64,000 nucleotides of DNA from Epiperipatus broadwayi (taxonomy: Eukaryota; Animalia; Onychophora), in NCBI GenBank assembly GCA_028023455.1, contig JAQFVV010000006.1:8742001-8806000 (forward strand), read 5' to 3'. A program made the position numbers and the translations under genes. The notes under the pieces were generated by a model. That model searched no databases and was not told the DNA's origin. It saw only the letters and a program-made list of their open reading frames with translations. Positions 1 through 11,900 of the stretch are shown here, in pieces (the stretch's first letter is position 1; each line of letters starts with the position of its first letter).

Positions 1-838
1 TTTTGATGTTGGAAGGAAGAAAATACCTATCGTAAAGCAAGTCGAATGTTATTAGATTTAAAAAAAAAGAGCAATAATGTAACTGACCAACGATAACATT
101 TATTCACTACCAAATTATGTTATCAAACAAAAGCATTTACCATGAAGGTTATGTTTCTTGCAAAAAAGCTTTAGAGGTTTGCAAAAATGTGAAAGAAAAA
201 GTATTTGAAAATTTTTACAGTGATTCAGGTTCAGATTGCATTCATAAAAATAAATTAATTAGTTAAATTGCAATTCTAAGTTTGCATAAATTCTAACTAA
301 GGATCTGCAGTTTAATGATTTCTATTGTGCGACTTGGTACTGACCCTGTCTTTGTAAAAAAGGGATAAAATTCTGGCCCTATATGTGTAAAAAAGGGATA
401 AAATTTTCTAAGTGCCTTCTGCTACAATCTTTCCTTTCATTCTAAAGATTTTTTATTTTTTGCTTGGATTTAGTACTTTATTGTGTTGTCTTAATTAATT
501 ATATGTTTCAAGTACTTAATTTGAGTTTTTTCCCTGCCTTTTATTTTTGTTATACTTCATTGTGAATTTTTTTTAAAAACTTTTTCTTAAACTATTAGAA
601 ATTATTTTTGTAATGTATTTTAATCTTCATGATTGTGTGTCTTCTTAATTATCTCTTTGTAATATAAATATAGTCACTCAATCTATTGTTTTTCAAGTGA
701 CCACAGGAATGAAATAAAAAAACTATAAATATATAAAACAATTGAACGTAAGTTTATTAAAAACTAAAGATAAGAAGTGATTTAGTGATTGATATAAGTT
801 AGCTATTAAATTTTAAATACAATTTATTTATTATAGTC

Positions 839-1299
839 CAGGAGTGGGCAATTGTTCTGTCTTGGGGGCCACAGAGGTTGGCGGAGGGCCGCATCGGGGG
901 CCACTTTGTGGAAGCGAAGGTTATTCGAAGGCCGCACCTTTTTTTCATGACACAATAACATTGCTTTATTTTCTGTATTACCAAAGAAATATTTGTTTGT
1001 CCATTCTTCATTAAGCACACGACATTCATCACCGATTTTACATTTTTTCAGAGGGTTCATGGTTCACTAAAGTTGGAAATGTATATATTTGCTAATGCAA
1101 AGACAAAATTGAAATTAACCAGATCAACTGGAAAAGCACTGCACATCGTATCTACACTGTGCACGTGTATTAACATGGCCATCCTAGTGGAAAATACGGG
1201 ACGAAACTTTGGTCATTCACGGGAAGGAAATCTCAGTTCAAGACAGTTTTTTCTGATTGTCTTGGTGGGCCGCCTCGGGCTGCTATTTGTCCACCCCTG
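839..1299 (-). mobile_element. Internally deleted hAT (Buster/SPIN-like) element carrying the transposase N-terminus
   Basis: TIRs CAGGAGTGGGCAA / CAGGGGTGGACAA(rc); left flank TTATAGTC (nnnTAnnn), right flank TTAGTC (degenerate TSD); minus ORF KCKIGDECRVLNEEWTNKYFF resembles the EPM2AIP1/GTF2IRD2-type hAT N-terminus. Confidence 0.8.
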
Positions 1300-1552
1300 T
1301 TAGTCAAATACATTCAACACATCATTTGTTAAATATATATATTGTAATGATCGTAATCCCTTTCAACAACATAAATGACCAACCAACCGATGGGCAGCTA
1401 CCTACTCTTAGCTTAATCTTTCAAAAAGTATAATTAATCAACATGCAAAAACATCTTTTACATGAATAGTATCTCTTACCAAACCATTGCATATGTCCAT
1501 GAATATTCATCACATGATCACCATTCTTTATACTTATACAAGCTGTTTAGAC

Positions 1553-1796
1553 AGAGACAAAATTCTCTATACAGTAGCATCACTCGGTGCAAGCCAGGGT
1601 AATCAATGCTGGAAGATTTGTGTATAAAATCCCTATCTAGTGCCTACTCATCCAATATCCCAGACTAGTTTCTAGCTTGTGGCTTTCATCAAGATCCAGG
1701 TGTAGTGCTCTCAGATCCAAGGCTCCTCACTGATGAAAGCCAATGATTACTCTGGCTTGCACTGAGTGGTGCTACTGTATGGAGAGTTTTGCCTCT
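1553..1796. mobile_element. Head-to-head inverted repeat, HHR family F3 (Penelope pLTR-like)
   Basis: 1553-1607 is an inverted repeat of 1742-1796. Minus arm reads UUGAUGA AAGC-CACAA-GCUA GAAA CUA GUC UGGG (1692-1658). Plus arm reads CUCCUCA CUGAUGA AAGCCA, then a deletion. Homologous to 52150-52330. Confidence 0.7.
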
Positions 1797-3498
1797 ATTC
1801 ATTAATATTCATAATCTGTAATTAACGTTATACATGTGGCTAACATAATATCACAGTAAACAAAGTAATACTATAATCTAGATATTTCTTAGAGCTTTTA
1901 AAGACTTACATTTGCATGATAATGTTTTTCAGAATATGATTGAATGCAAATGGGCATTTTGCGATTTGCATCTGGTGCGTATTTTTTAGCATATAAGCAA
2001 AGCTGTGATAGGAGAGCAATGAGATAGCATGAAAAGTTTAGCATAAACAATATTCACTTCATAAACTTATTTAAAGTATATCAAAAATTAGATAATTAAT
2101 TACCCTTATGTGACTTCATTGACTCAAAGTGAAGACTATAATAAAGAAAACGCAAAGTCCTTATTTAAAACAACAATTAAATAATTTATTAAATAAAATA
2201 AGAATGCATAACTATGTACTAAAGAATTATATGATAACTATTAATATTTTCATATATAATGTTCTCTACATAAAGAGTTTACTTATGAGTGCTGTTATAA
2301 AAGACAAGGTCGCAGATAGATGTAAGGATGTGTAATTCTATGTTGGGCTCATACAAATACAAAATTAATAAAGTCGCTTTCCCGTAGATACGATTTAAAT
2401 GTCATTATCTTAAAATCTAAATAAAAGGATTTCTCTACATTTTATAGATCCCAATATGTCCTTATTATAACACACTATTTAAATGTTTTACTGAATTTAA
2501 AATTTAACTGTAAAGTTAAACTTTAACTACATATTTTTGTACTAATTTTAAATTATGAACGCCATCTTGGTTTTCCTTAGCAACGCTATACTCATATATA
2601 TAATATAAATTGAAAATTGCAATCGTCATAAAATAAAAATTATTAAGTTGATTATTTTAAACTATTAGACCAATGGGATTACTATCACAATATATATTGA
2701 ATTAGGCATTTCCATGGATTGTTATTATAATAAAGAATATAAATGAAGAGACAATATCCATGTAAATAGAAATAACCTTTGCTCTTTGATATCAAGAAAT
2801 TATCAATTACTACTAAATGACAATCCCTGAGACCAAAACAGTTTTTTCATTTAACCTGTAATAGCTCTTGTTGAGTTTTTTGTTGAAGTAAAAGGGATCA
2901 TCTTTTATTTCAAACTCAAGTTTTTATAAGGATGTAAACTCTGAAATATGTAACTTTAATGCAATAATTAAATATTTTTAAAAGTCAGTTAATATTAATT
3001 ACATGTGGTTATTAAATTTTTGAAAAAAAAAATAAAAAATCTTATTGTAAAAAAAAATTAAATTGGTTTTTATTTGCTTGTGATAGATTTCAATACTTTA
3101 ATTATCTTTGAAAATGTTACTAAGAAAAATTGCAAATACCTTTTTTAAAATTGTTCAGATTTTTGAGAGAAATTGAAGCTAAACAAAAATTACTCTTTTG
3201 TTTAAACTTTTAGCAAATTGATAAACGTATTGGGAGAAAAATTAAATATTTTTTAAAGTAAAAATAAAAAGAAATGGTTTATGTATCTCTAAATTTTAAG
3301 AGTTAAAGGAGATGTGTGTATGATAATAATACTATTAATTTTAATAAAACAAAAATATATTTATAAAATTATGTGGAAAATATTGTGTAAGGATCACAAT
3401 TTGTCAAAAATATATGCCAAGAAAATGATATACATATATGAAGAATTGAAATTTCCTTTTAAAGTTTACAGGTAAGAAACAATTACAACCATGAGGTT

Positions 3499-4037
3499 TA
3501 ATCAGAGGGAATTTGAACCCAGGCTTTTAACTTCCTTTTAGTCATCCACTCCGTCTTATATGACTAATACACACTACCACATACATGTGAAAAAAATATA
3601 AATCTTCAATATCTGTATTTTGTGCTGAACCAGCACTCATCAATTAGTTCCGATCATCATTTCCGACACATGTATATAATAAGTGCCCGGTTTATATTAA
3701 AATAAATCCTCAAACTTTAATGGACAGGCTTCAATCCTTTCCAACTAACTCTTCAGCCAACGATAGCATTGTTTTTTGTCAGTTTTAGTTGTCATACCCA
3801 TGTTGACCATAACTTAAAGTTTGGAGATTTGCTATCTTAATATAAACCAAGCACTTATTATATATGTGTGTGGGAGATGATAATCTGGATCAAGCGATGA
3901 GTGCTAGCTTAACACAAAATACGAATTTTAGATGTCATCTTTTTCACATGCATGTGGGTAGTGTGCATTGCTTGAATAAGATGGGAATGGATGACTAAAA
4001 GAGACTTGAAAGTCTGGGTTCAAATCCCCTCTGATTA
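3499..4037. mobile_element. Head-to-head palindrome, HHR family F2 (two degenerate HHR arms)
   Basis: Arms 3499-~3805 (minus) and ~3812-4037 (plus) are inverted copies of the 61255-61562 unit; minus arm UUGAUGA GUGCUG-GUU-CAGCAC AAAA UACAGA UA. Confidence 0.75.
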
Positions 4038-4052
4038 TATCTAACTAGCATA

Positions 4053-5413
4053 CACCTGGATCTCGTTTTATGCGATAGATAGGTTCCTCAGAAAACACAC
4101 GCAAAAGAAATTGCACAAAAATAGACATAACTTACCTTGAAAAAGGGGGGGGGTACGGACTGTGATTTTTCAAAAATTGCATAAAAGCAAAGCACCAACG
4201 TAAAATTACTTTAAAATTCGCGCAAAAAAAAAAAAATAAGGAAATAAAATATGACTAATAAAAAATTTCAAATTTGAAAAAAATTGATACAAGACAAACT
4301 TTTTTTAAGTATAATATTTAATTTTATTCAAAACAATATATTTTTATGCATAATTTACAGTACAGTAATTTACATTTTTTTATACCCATTTTAATTATTA
4401 TCGCTATTTGCCGATAAACAGGTTCATTTGCAAACTGGTAAAAAATCAGATTCTTCACAAGAGGAAATACAACTAGCACCAACTTCACTCTCATGTTGGG
4501 TTAATGGTTTTCTGGTAACAATGTAATTAGTAATTAATCTTTGAGACGATGATTTTATTAATTGTTTATGAAGCTCGCGATATCCAGACATACAACCATT
4601 TAGCTCTCGTTGGAATTTAAGAGCACGTTCGTGATTAGTGTCATTAATAAGAAAATAATTTGCCAACTGATTAGAAAGTTGAAGACCTTCTCGAATCATT
4701 TTTGCAGTGAAAGGAACAGGTTCCACTTCTATTTCATTATCTTTTTCTACACTGCTGGGAAAAATTTAATTAAAACTAACAACTAAAAATTAAATTCTTA
4801 TTTTTGTCTTTAATTTTTTAATTTTCAATTCCTTTTAAAAATCAAATTTCGTTTCACATCACATTAATTTCAGGTCGCCATAAGTAATTTTTAAATTGTT
4901 AATTACAATTAAAAATCAGATTTTAATTTTTAATTGCCAAATTTAATTGTGCCCACTACTATTACTCACCTTTTAAAAATAAACTTGCGGACACTAAATA
5001 ATTAATAATTGATTACGTTCTTTTTTAAAAAGCAAAAACAGAATGTGATTTAAAATGCAAAATTAACACGCACAATGTTTGAACAAATTTACATTATAAT
5101 CTTGTAAAATTTAATGTGTGTATACATAAAATGTGGAAATCATGATTTTAATTTCATTATTGCATAAAATCTTACTATTATAAAGCACTGAAAATATTGA
5201 AATTACTAAGATGAAAGTCGAATTCCAGTAATGTGCTATTACTTTCAATATGACATAAGTGCGTGAAATTTATTATTTAAAGTAATAGCGCATTATCGGA
5301 GTTCGACTTCTGATCTAATACTGTGTTAACGCATAAAAGAAAACCGCATACAAAAATATAAAGAAGAAATATGAATCGCGTTAAATAAATCCACGTAAAA
5401 CGAGACCCAGGTG
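4053..5413 (-). mobile_element. pogo/Tigger-like DNA transposon, internally deleted
   Basis: TA-flanked TIRs CACCTGG(A/G)TCTCGTTTTA; minus ORF 4424-4726 (FTAKMIREGLQL...ERALKFQRELNGCMSGYRELHKQ) resembles the Tigger transposase C-terminus. Confidence 0.85.
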
Positions 5414-5815
5414 TATTTGTATTTAAATAAACATGATGTTTATATATACCCTTTAATTTATAATAATTAAACTGATAAATTTCCAAGGGCTTTATATTAA
5501 AGCAATGCAGCATCAAAGTAATACATTTTGCAAATGAAAAATGTAATGTATTCTTTATCTACCATCCATAATTGTGGATAGCAGGTTTACGCAGTGATAT
5601 TTATTAAAGTGAGTGTGAAATCAGCAAAGTTGTTCACACAGTTTCAATTGATTTGTATTAGCAAGCATGGTGGCATTACTTATTATAGCTACCACTTGAA
5701 TGTTTTATTACTCCAGTTATTGCATGTGATTAGTTCTATATAATTTGATTTTTACATACCTTTGTTGCAGTAGTTTGTTGCATTTAATACTAATTATTAT
5801 TTAAATTTATTGTAG

Positions 5816-5941
5816 GACAAGTTACTATTAGAACCATATTCCATGCTCCGAGATATCGCATATGTTGTTGTAGCTCCAGAAAACGATTTCATTCTCAACA
5901 ATGTGAAAAATTTTTTTAAAGAGCTAAGCGGAATTTATGAG
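5816..5941 (+). CDS. MED13: MED13 exon (phase 0-0)
   Basis: tgtag|GACAAG...TATGAG|gtaaca; [42 protein letters not shown]. Confidence 0.95.
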
Positions 5942-8900
5942 GTAACATTTTACAATTTACATTCTTAGCTAATATTATTTGTTTGTATAATTACTTTTAA
6001 TGTTTTGTAAATGGAGGTATTATCAAGCACTGAATAAATGAAAAAAAAAAAATAGAGTTTATACATTCTGTTTTGCTGAATGGTTCATTTATCGCTTAGA
6101 AATCTGTTGTTGAAATTTTTTGTCGAATTGGTGAAATGATATTTTTTACAGGAATAATCATTTTAATTTCATTTACAGCTAAGATATTGAGGATTTTGAA
6201 CATTACTAAAAATATCAGTTAACTTTCTGAGTAGAGTGATTTTTTTTTCCTCCGATTCTAATTTTCAATTCCTGATTATGGACTCACAAAAATTAAATAG
6301 TTTCGAGAAATAAATACATTTTGGAACTCGTGTTACAAATAAATATATATTGGTTTAATGTTTAAAAAATATATAACTTAAAAACAATTAAAGTTTGCTT
6401 AAGGTTATAACGTAGTAATACCAAAATATTTTCATTTTCACAGCATAGCATATTATTTATAGGTTCGTATATATTTTCACCCATATTAAATATTTTAAAG
6501 TGAATTTAAATCAAAAATGGATTTAAAAAAATTTTTTTTCATCAATTTTTCCCCTGCAGAAAAAAAAAATGATGTTTTTTAATGAATTTATTAATAGATC
6601 TTATGTGTGTGATATCTTTAGTTCTTCATTTTACTGTGAATTAGCAAAAGTTAATTCATTAAACAGTTCTGAAAAGTTTCATTTATGATCTTCTCCAAAA
6701 CTTGAATATTATACATCTCTAAATTCTGTTTTTTTCTTCATTTTGTCAATTACTTATGCTCATTGTTTTTATTTAGAATTTCCTATTGTTTTTCTGAAAT
6801 CTCATCTAATACCTATGGAAGAAGATAAATGTAAAGATTTACTTTCCAAATTGTGATAGAAATTGTATTGACATTATTATTTATATCATCAATAGTACTC
6901 TATTTCATGGACAGGTCCAGAGAGTAGTAACTTCATTAATTTGTCTATTTTTTGTTTTATTTCATTCTCTTCATTGACCGACTCTTCAATTCCACGTAAA
7001 TTTTACCATCTCCTATCCTTCAGATGTCAATCTTTTCCGTCCTTTTTTCTTGCTTCCACTCATCTATCATTTGTATACCCTTTGATAAAAACTAATTAAT
7101 ATATTACAGTATATGGAAGAAAACATCTGACACATTTATAATCCTAGCAATATTTTTCTTGCATAAAATTATACAATCTCTTAAAAAAAAAATTGCCTAT
7201 TCACTTTATTTTATTTTATAAACGAACTATATGATATACAGTCATAATATACGTTTTACAAAGAGTGAAGGAAGTTTTTTGATATAATCACTTTAACACT
7301 TCATTATTACTCCAATCAATTTTGACAAAGCATTTGACTACATTAATGTACAATTACTTGCGAAGTAAATGTCAAAATTCACCTGTAATGCAAGGAAAAA
7401 CGAACGCTTCATTCCTACTCCAGTCAATTTTGACAAAACATTTGACTACATTAATGCGCAATTACTTGGGAAGTAAATGTCAAAATTTACCTGTAATGCA
7501 ATGAAAAAACGTTTTGCATCATGTAACTTCATTAGAATCATTGCTTAAGTTTTGTCTTTGTCCCTGTATTGTTCGAGATTTGTATAGGCATTTTACAACA
7601 CCTGATTTTAACTGAAATCCCAGGCATATTACTTAGCAGTATTTAATCACAGAATGTTTGTCCTAGCAAATATTGACAATGTGATCATAGTAAGGGAATA
7701 ACTAGTCTAGACATCCTCTATAGAGTAATTATCAAGCATTTGTGGCATTGCCTGTTATCAGTATTTTTTCATGCATTAATCAGCATAACAACTTATCACA
7801 GGCTCGACATATTTTTGTTACAAACTTGAAATTTATATTTTCTGCGTTTAAAAAAAAAAAATTATTTAAGTACCTAAATATTACCCTTTTTTTTTATTAT
7901 TATTAAATAATAAAAATTGTAAGTAAATATACGGTGGTACATCTTAAAATTTCTTAACTTTGTTAAAATAAAAAAAAATTTTTTGTTTGAAAGAAACATT
8001 TCAAACATACTCTGTGTGTTTTTGGACGAGTGGCAGCTCTGTGCTCAGTGTGCATGGAATGCAGCCTGACTATCCCTTCTAGTATTTGAACTTTTTTTTT
8101 TAACTCCTAAGCAATGAACCATTCAATTATATTTTCCCTAGCATGAATGGTATTGGTAATAGTATGGTAGACTTCAAAGTCAGAACACAGTTCAATTCTC
8201 TTATTTGTGGTGCACACACTTAATGTGAATTTTCATGAGCTTCCAACCAGCAAACAATTGGATTATATTGATTATTTTTACTGCAAACATGAAAAGTAAA
8301 GTGAAGATATATATCGTTATCACTATTTTCAATCAGTATCGTTCCAATGCAGAATGGTCTCTCCATTTTTGATCTCTAGCCTCTTTTTCACACCATTCCA
8401 TCATACTTTCTTCTTTCATCCATCTATCTCACGTGTGGTCTTTTTCTAGGTCTTTTACAAATCCGGTTTATATATGTCCAGCCCAACTATTTTATTAGAA
8501 GTATTGTTTTAATCTTTATACATATACAAAATTTGGAAAATAAGTTCTAAGCATCAATTTTTAGGCTTGTAGAAGACTATCTTTCACTTTTAAAATAAAT
8601 AAATAATTTTCTTTATATGTGAATTCCCGAACAATAAATTATTTGATTATACACATTGGCTGTCTGCAGTGCTGTCTTTAAATCAACACATGTATTATGT
8701 AGCACATAATTTAGTTAGCTATTTGTCACAAAGATTTTAAGGTATTAGGCTCACCTGAATCATGAGTTACAACATGAAATATGACAGCCGTTTTATATCT
8801 TTCTGGAACATGTTCAATGCTCTTCCTGCCATCACCAAATCTTAAAAATCACTTGAAAATGATATTGCGACTTGTGGTGTTACTATCATACATAATTTAA

Positions 8901-11900
8901 ATCATTTTAATTATTTCAGTAGCAGATTGGCATTTTAAATCTAAATTTAATGTTAAAAGCATACAAAACACACCCTGTCACATTTCATGTCATAATTCGT
9001 AATCCAGACATTCAAACACCTTAAAATTTTTGTGTGAGAGTAGCAATATAGCACTTGTATTGATTCAAATGGCTGGTTTGGGAGAGAATCACACATCTTT
9101 TCCCTGACACACACTAGTATATAGATAAAATGTAAAAAGCAATATGTTAATAACTGGGAATTTTTGTTACTTACAAATAAAATAAATAACTTGATAAATA
9201 TATATTTATTCGAGGTAAAGTTTACATAAAAAAGAAAATGAAATTAATTATAATTTTTATCCAGAAAATTATTATATGTGCGCTATCAGTATAAAAACAC
9301 CAAATTTAATAATAGTATTTCATTTTGTGACATTTTCAAATAAAGCAAATTAAATCTGTTTTATATGAAATAAAATACTAACCTATTCTGGTTTATGAAC
9401 AGAAGGATTTAAATTCTGCATTTGAGGAAATTTTTTATGTGTGTATCTTATATTCTTTACAATCCAGATGTTAGCTATTATATATGTTGAATAATTCGAT
9501 ATCTTATTTCCATAGAAGCCAGTAGATGGCGCTTTAAAGAATGTTTAATCTAGTGATATATATAATGAATGAAACAAGTAAATAAAGAAAAAAAAGATGA
9601 GCAATAATAGCTTTAATACCACAGAAATCTTGTGATATTATTTTACACAGTAGTATAAAATACAGATTAATTATTTACATATAATAATCTTTTTTTAATT
9701 TCAAATTTCTTTCACCATTAATAAATATGTAAGAGTTAATACGCTTGACGCATATAGAAATTAAAATTCTTTAGTTGAAATAATTATTCCTCATGGCTAA
9801 GCGCTTTCAGAGATTCCTTCTCCATATTCATAGCCTTCAACTATAATAATTTATGCAAATCTATGCAAGTCCATCTTTTCGAAATAGAAAAGGATGTATC
9901 TGTTCTGTTTATTGCATCATCTCTTGCTATAAATCATGCCTCCTTAATTTTCCTCATGATATCATTCCTTTCAGTAGAAATTATTATAGCATTCACTGAG
10001 CTACCTTCATTTCTGCTCAACACCCTTTTGTACAAATACTTGTGTTCAGCAATTCTATTCATTATAGTGGCCCAAGTTTCACCGTAGTATACTGCTTTAC
10101 AGTTTTTTTGAGGGCATGTCATCCTATATACCACATGTAGTGTTATTTGTAGGTCTTTCTTGTCCTTGGAATTGTTAATCATTCTATTGGAGTTGGGAGG
10201 AGTTCGAAAACCTACTTTAAATTCACCCTGTAATTTCTTGATTAATTTTCTTGCGACACTAGGTGTGTATGGCAGACATATATGTTGTTTCTTATCATTG
10301 TTTGGTTTGTTTATATTAATTATCCAGTCAGTAGTTTCACATTATAAAAACAATAAAAATATTTATTTGCATATAAAAAAAATTTTTACTAGATGAAAAG
10401 GTTAAAATTAATGTAAAATTCAAAATATCAATATATTGAAAAAAAAATAGTTTTTCAAATTCACATACATGTAATATCTTGATTGGACAGCAGTTTAAAC
10501 CCACTGGATTTATCAGATATTATATTCATAAAAACAATTTTTTTAGAAATTATTAACACATGAAAAGTATAAATAAAAAGAAAGTAATAATAATAATAAA
10601 AATGTAATCAGTTAGGTTATTTCACTATTACCTTAATTTTAAACAACAAAACAAGTAACGTTTACATTTATACATATAGAAGTACTGATTTTTAAACTAC
10701 ATGATAAATCTTCAAACAATACATGAGCACTATTACATTATTTTAATGAACCTACAATTTAAATTCAGTTATCAAAATTTTATAACAAGAAGAAATGTGA
10801 AAATGTTTTAATTTTCACCTAATAAAATTTTTTATGATATCCCCTAGCCTTCTCAAAATATATAAAAAAAAAAAAGATTATGTAATAATTTCTCTGATAT
10901 AAACTGAACAATACTTTGAAAAATTAACGTTTATTTAGAGGCCCAAGGTAAGTGTATTTTGCTCGAAAAAAGATGGTGTTACTAGAATATAAATTGCAGT
11001 AATTAAAGTGTTTTTACTTAAAATGTTTTATTTGTTTATGCAATATAGAGTTTAGTCTTTTGTTGTTTTTTTTTTTAAATTATGGCGGATTTTGAATCCT
11101 GACTTTCCCGATTTCTTATTAGGTATGTAAATTGGGTCGGCATTGTCCTATCACTAAAGTTTTACGGGATGGCATTATGAGGGTTGGAAAAACTGCAGCT
11201 AAGAAGTTAGCAGAAGAACCAGTTGATGAATGGTTTAATAGAATAGGTTAGTAGTATAGATTCTTAAAGTCTTTGCTTTTGTGACCGTAAATTTGCTTAT
11301 ATTTATATAACTGGAATACTTTATACATTAGGCGTATCTCCTATTGCAAGTAAATTGAAATTATATGCTCAAGTTTGCCGGCATCATTTAGGTAAGTCGA
11401 TTTAAGTAAAATTAATATTATTTATATTTGAAAACATAGTTATATTAACTTTCCACTTCTAACATTTGTCTGATAATACATTTTATTTCTAATTATGTGT
11501 TGGGTTATTTTCATTATCTAGATGAATTGTTAAGTGATTTTAGAAAAATTCAAAATATTTATCCTTTTTTAAATGCATTCAACTATTAATAACATGTAGA
11601 TTAGTATCGAATGCAATATTTCGAGTGTTATTCTTTTCTGTTGATGGTGTTGGCACTAATGCCGGAATTGAACTGTTGCCTCAGAATCGTGAATACTGAA
11701 TTTAAAGTGCCCTCTAATCACTTAGTTTATTTTTAAAAAAACTGATTAACAATTCAGCTAGATGATGGGAGTAATCCAATTTATAATTCCGATAGTATAT
11801 TTTTGAGTGTTAGTATTTGAGAGTATATTTAAGTAAAATGATCTTATTACAAAAAGGTTAAAAATAATTTTAAATTAACTATAAATACTCGAGGGAGAAA

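Noticed and set aside
1-300. Possible P-element/THAP-type transposase C-terminal remnant
   Set aside because: Similarity too vague and the frame is broken; cannot be supported without a search.
4015-4032. GGGTTCAAATCCCC tRNA T-loop/B-box (also ~61548 and ~30960 rc)
   Set aside because: No cloverleaf or anticodon arm, so not called a tRNA gene.
6780-7080. Possible RT remnant on the minus strand
   Set aside because: Only a few residues resemble an RT motif; insufficient.
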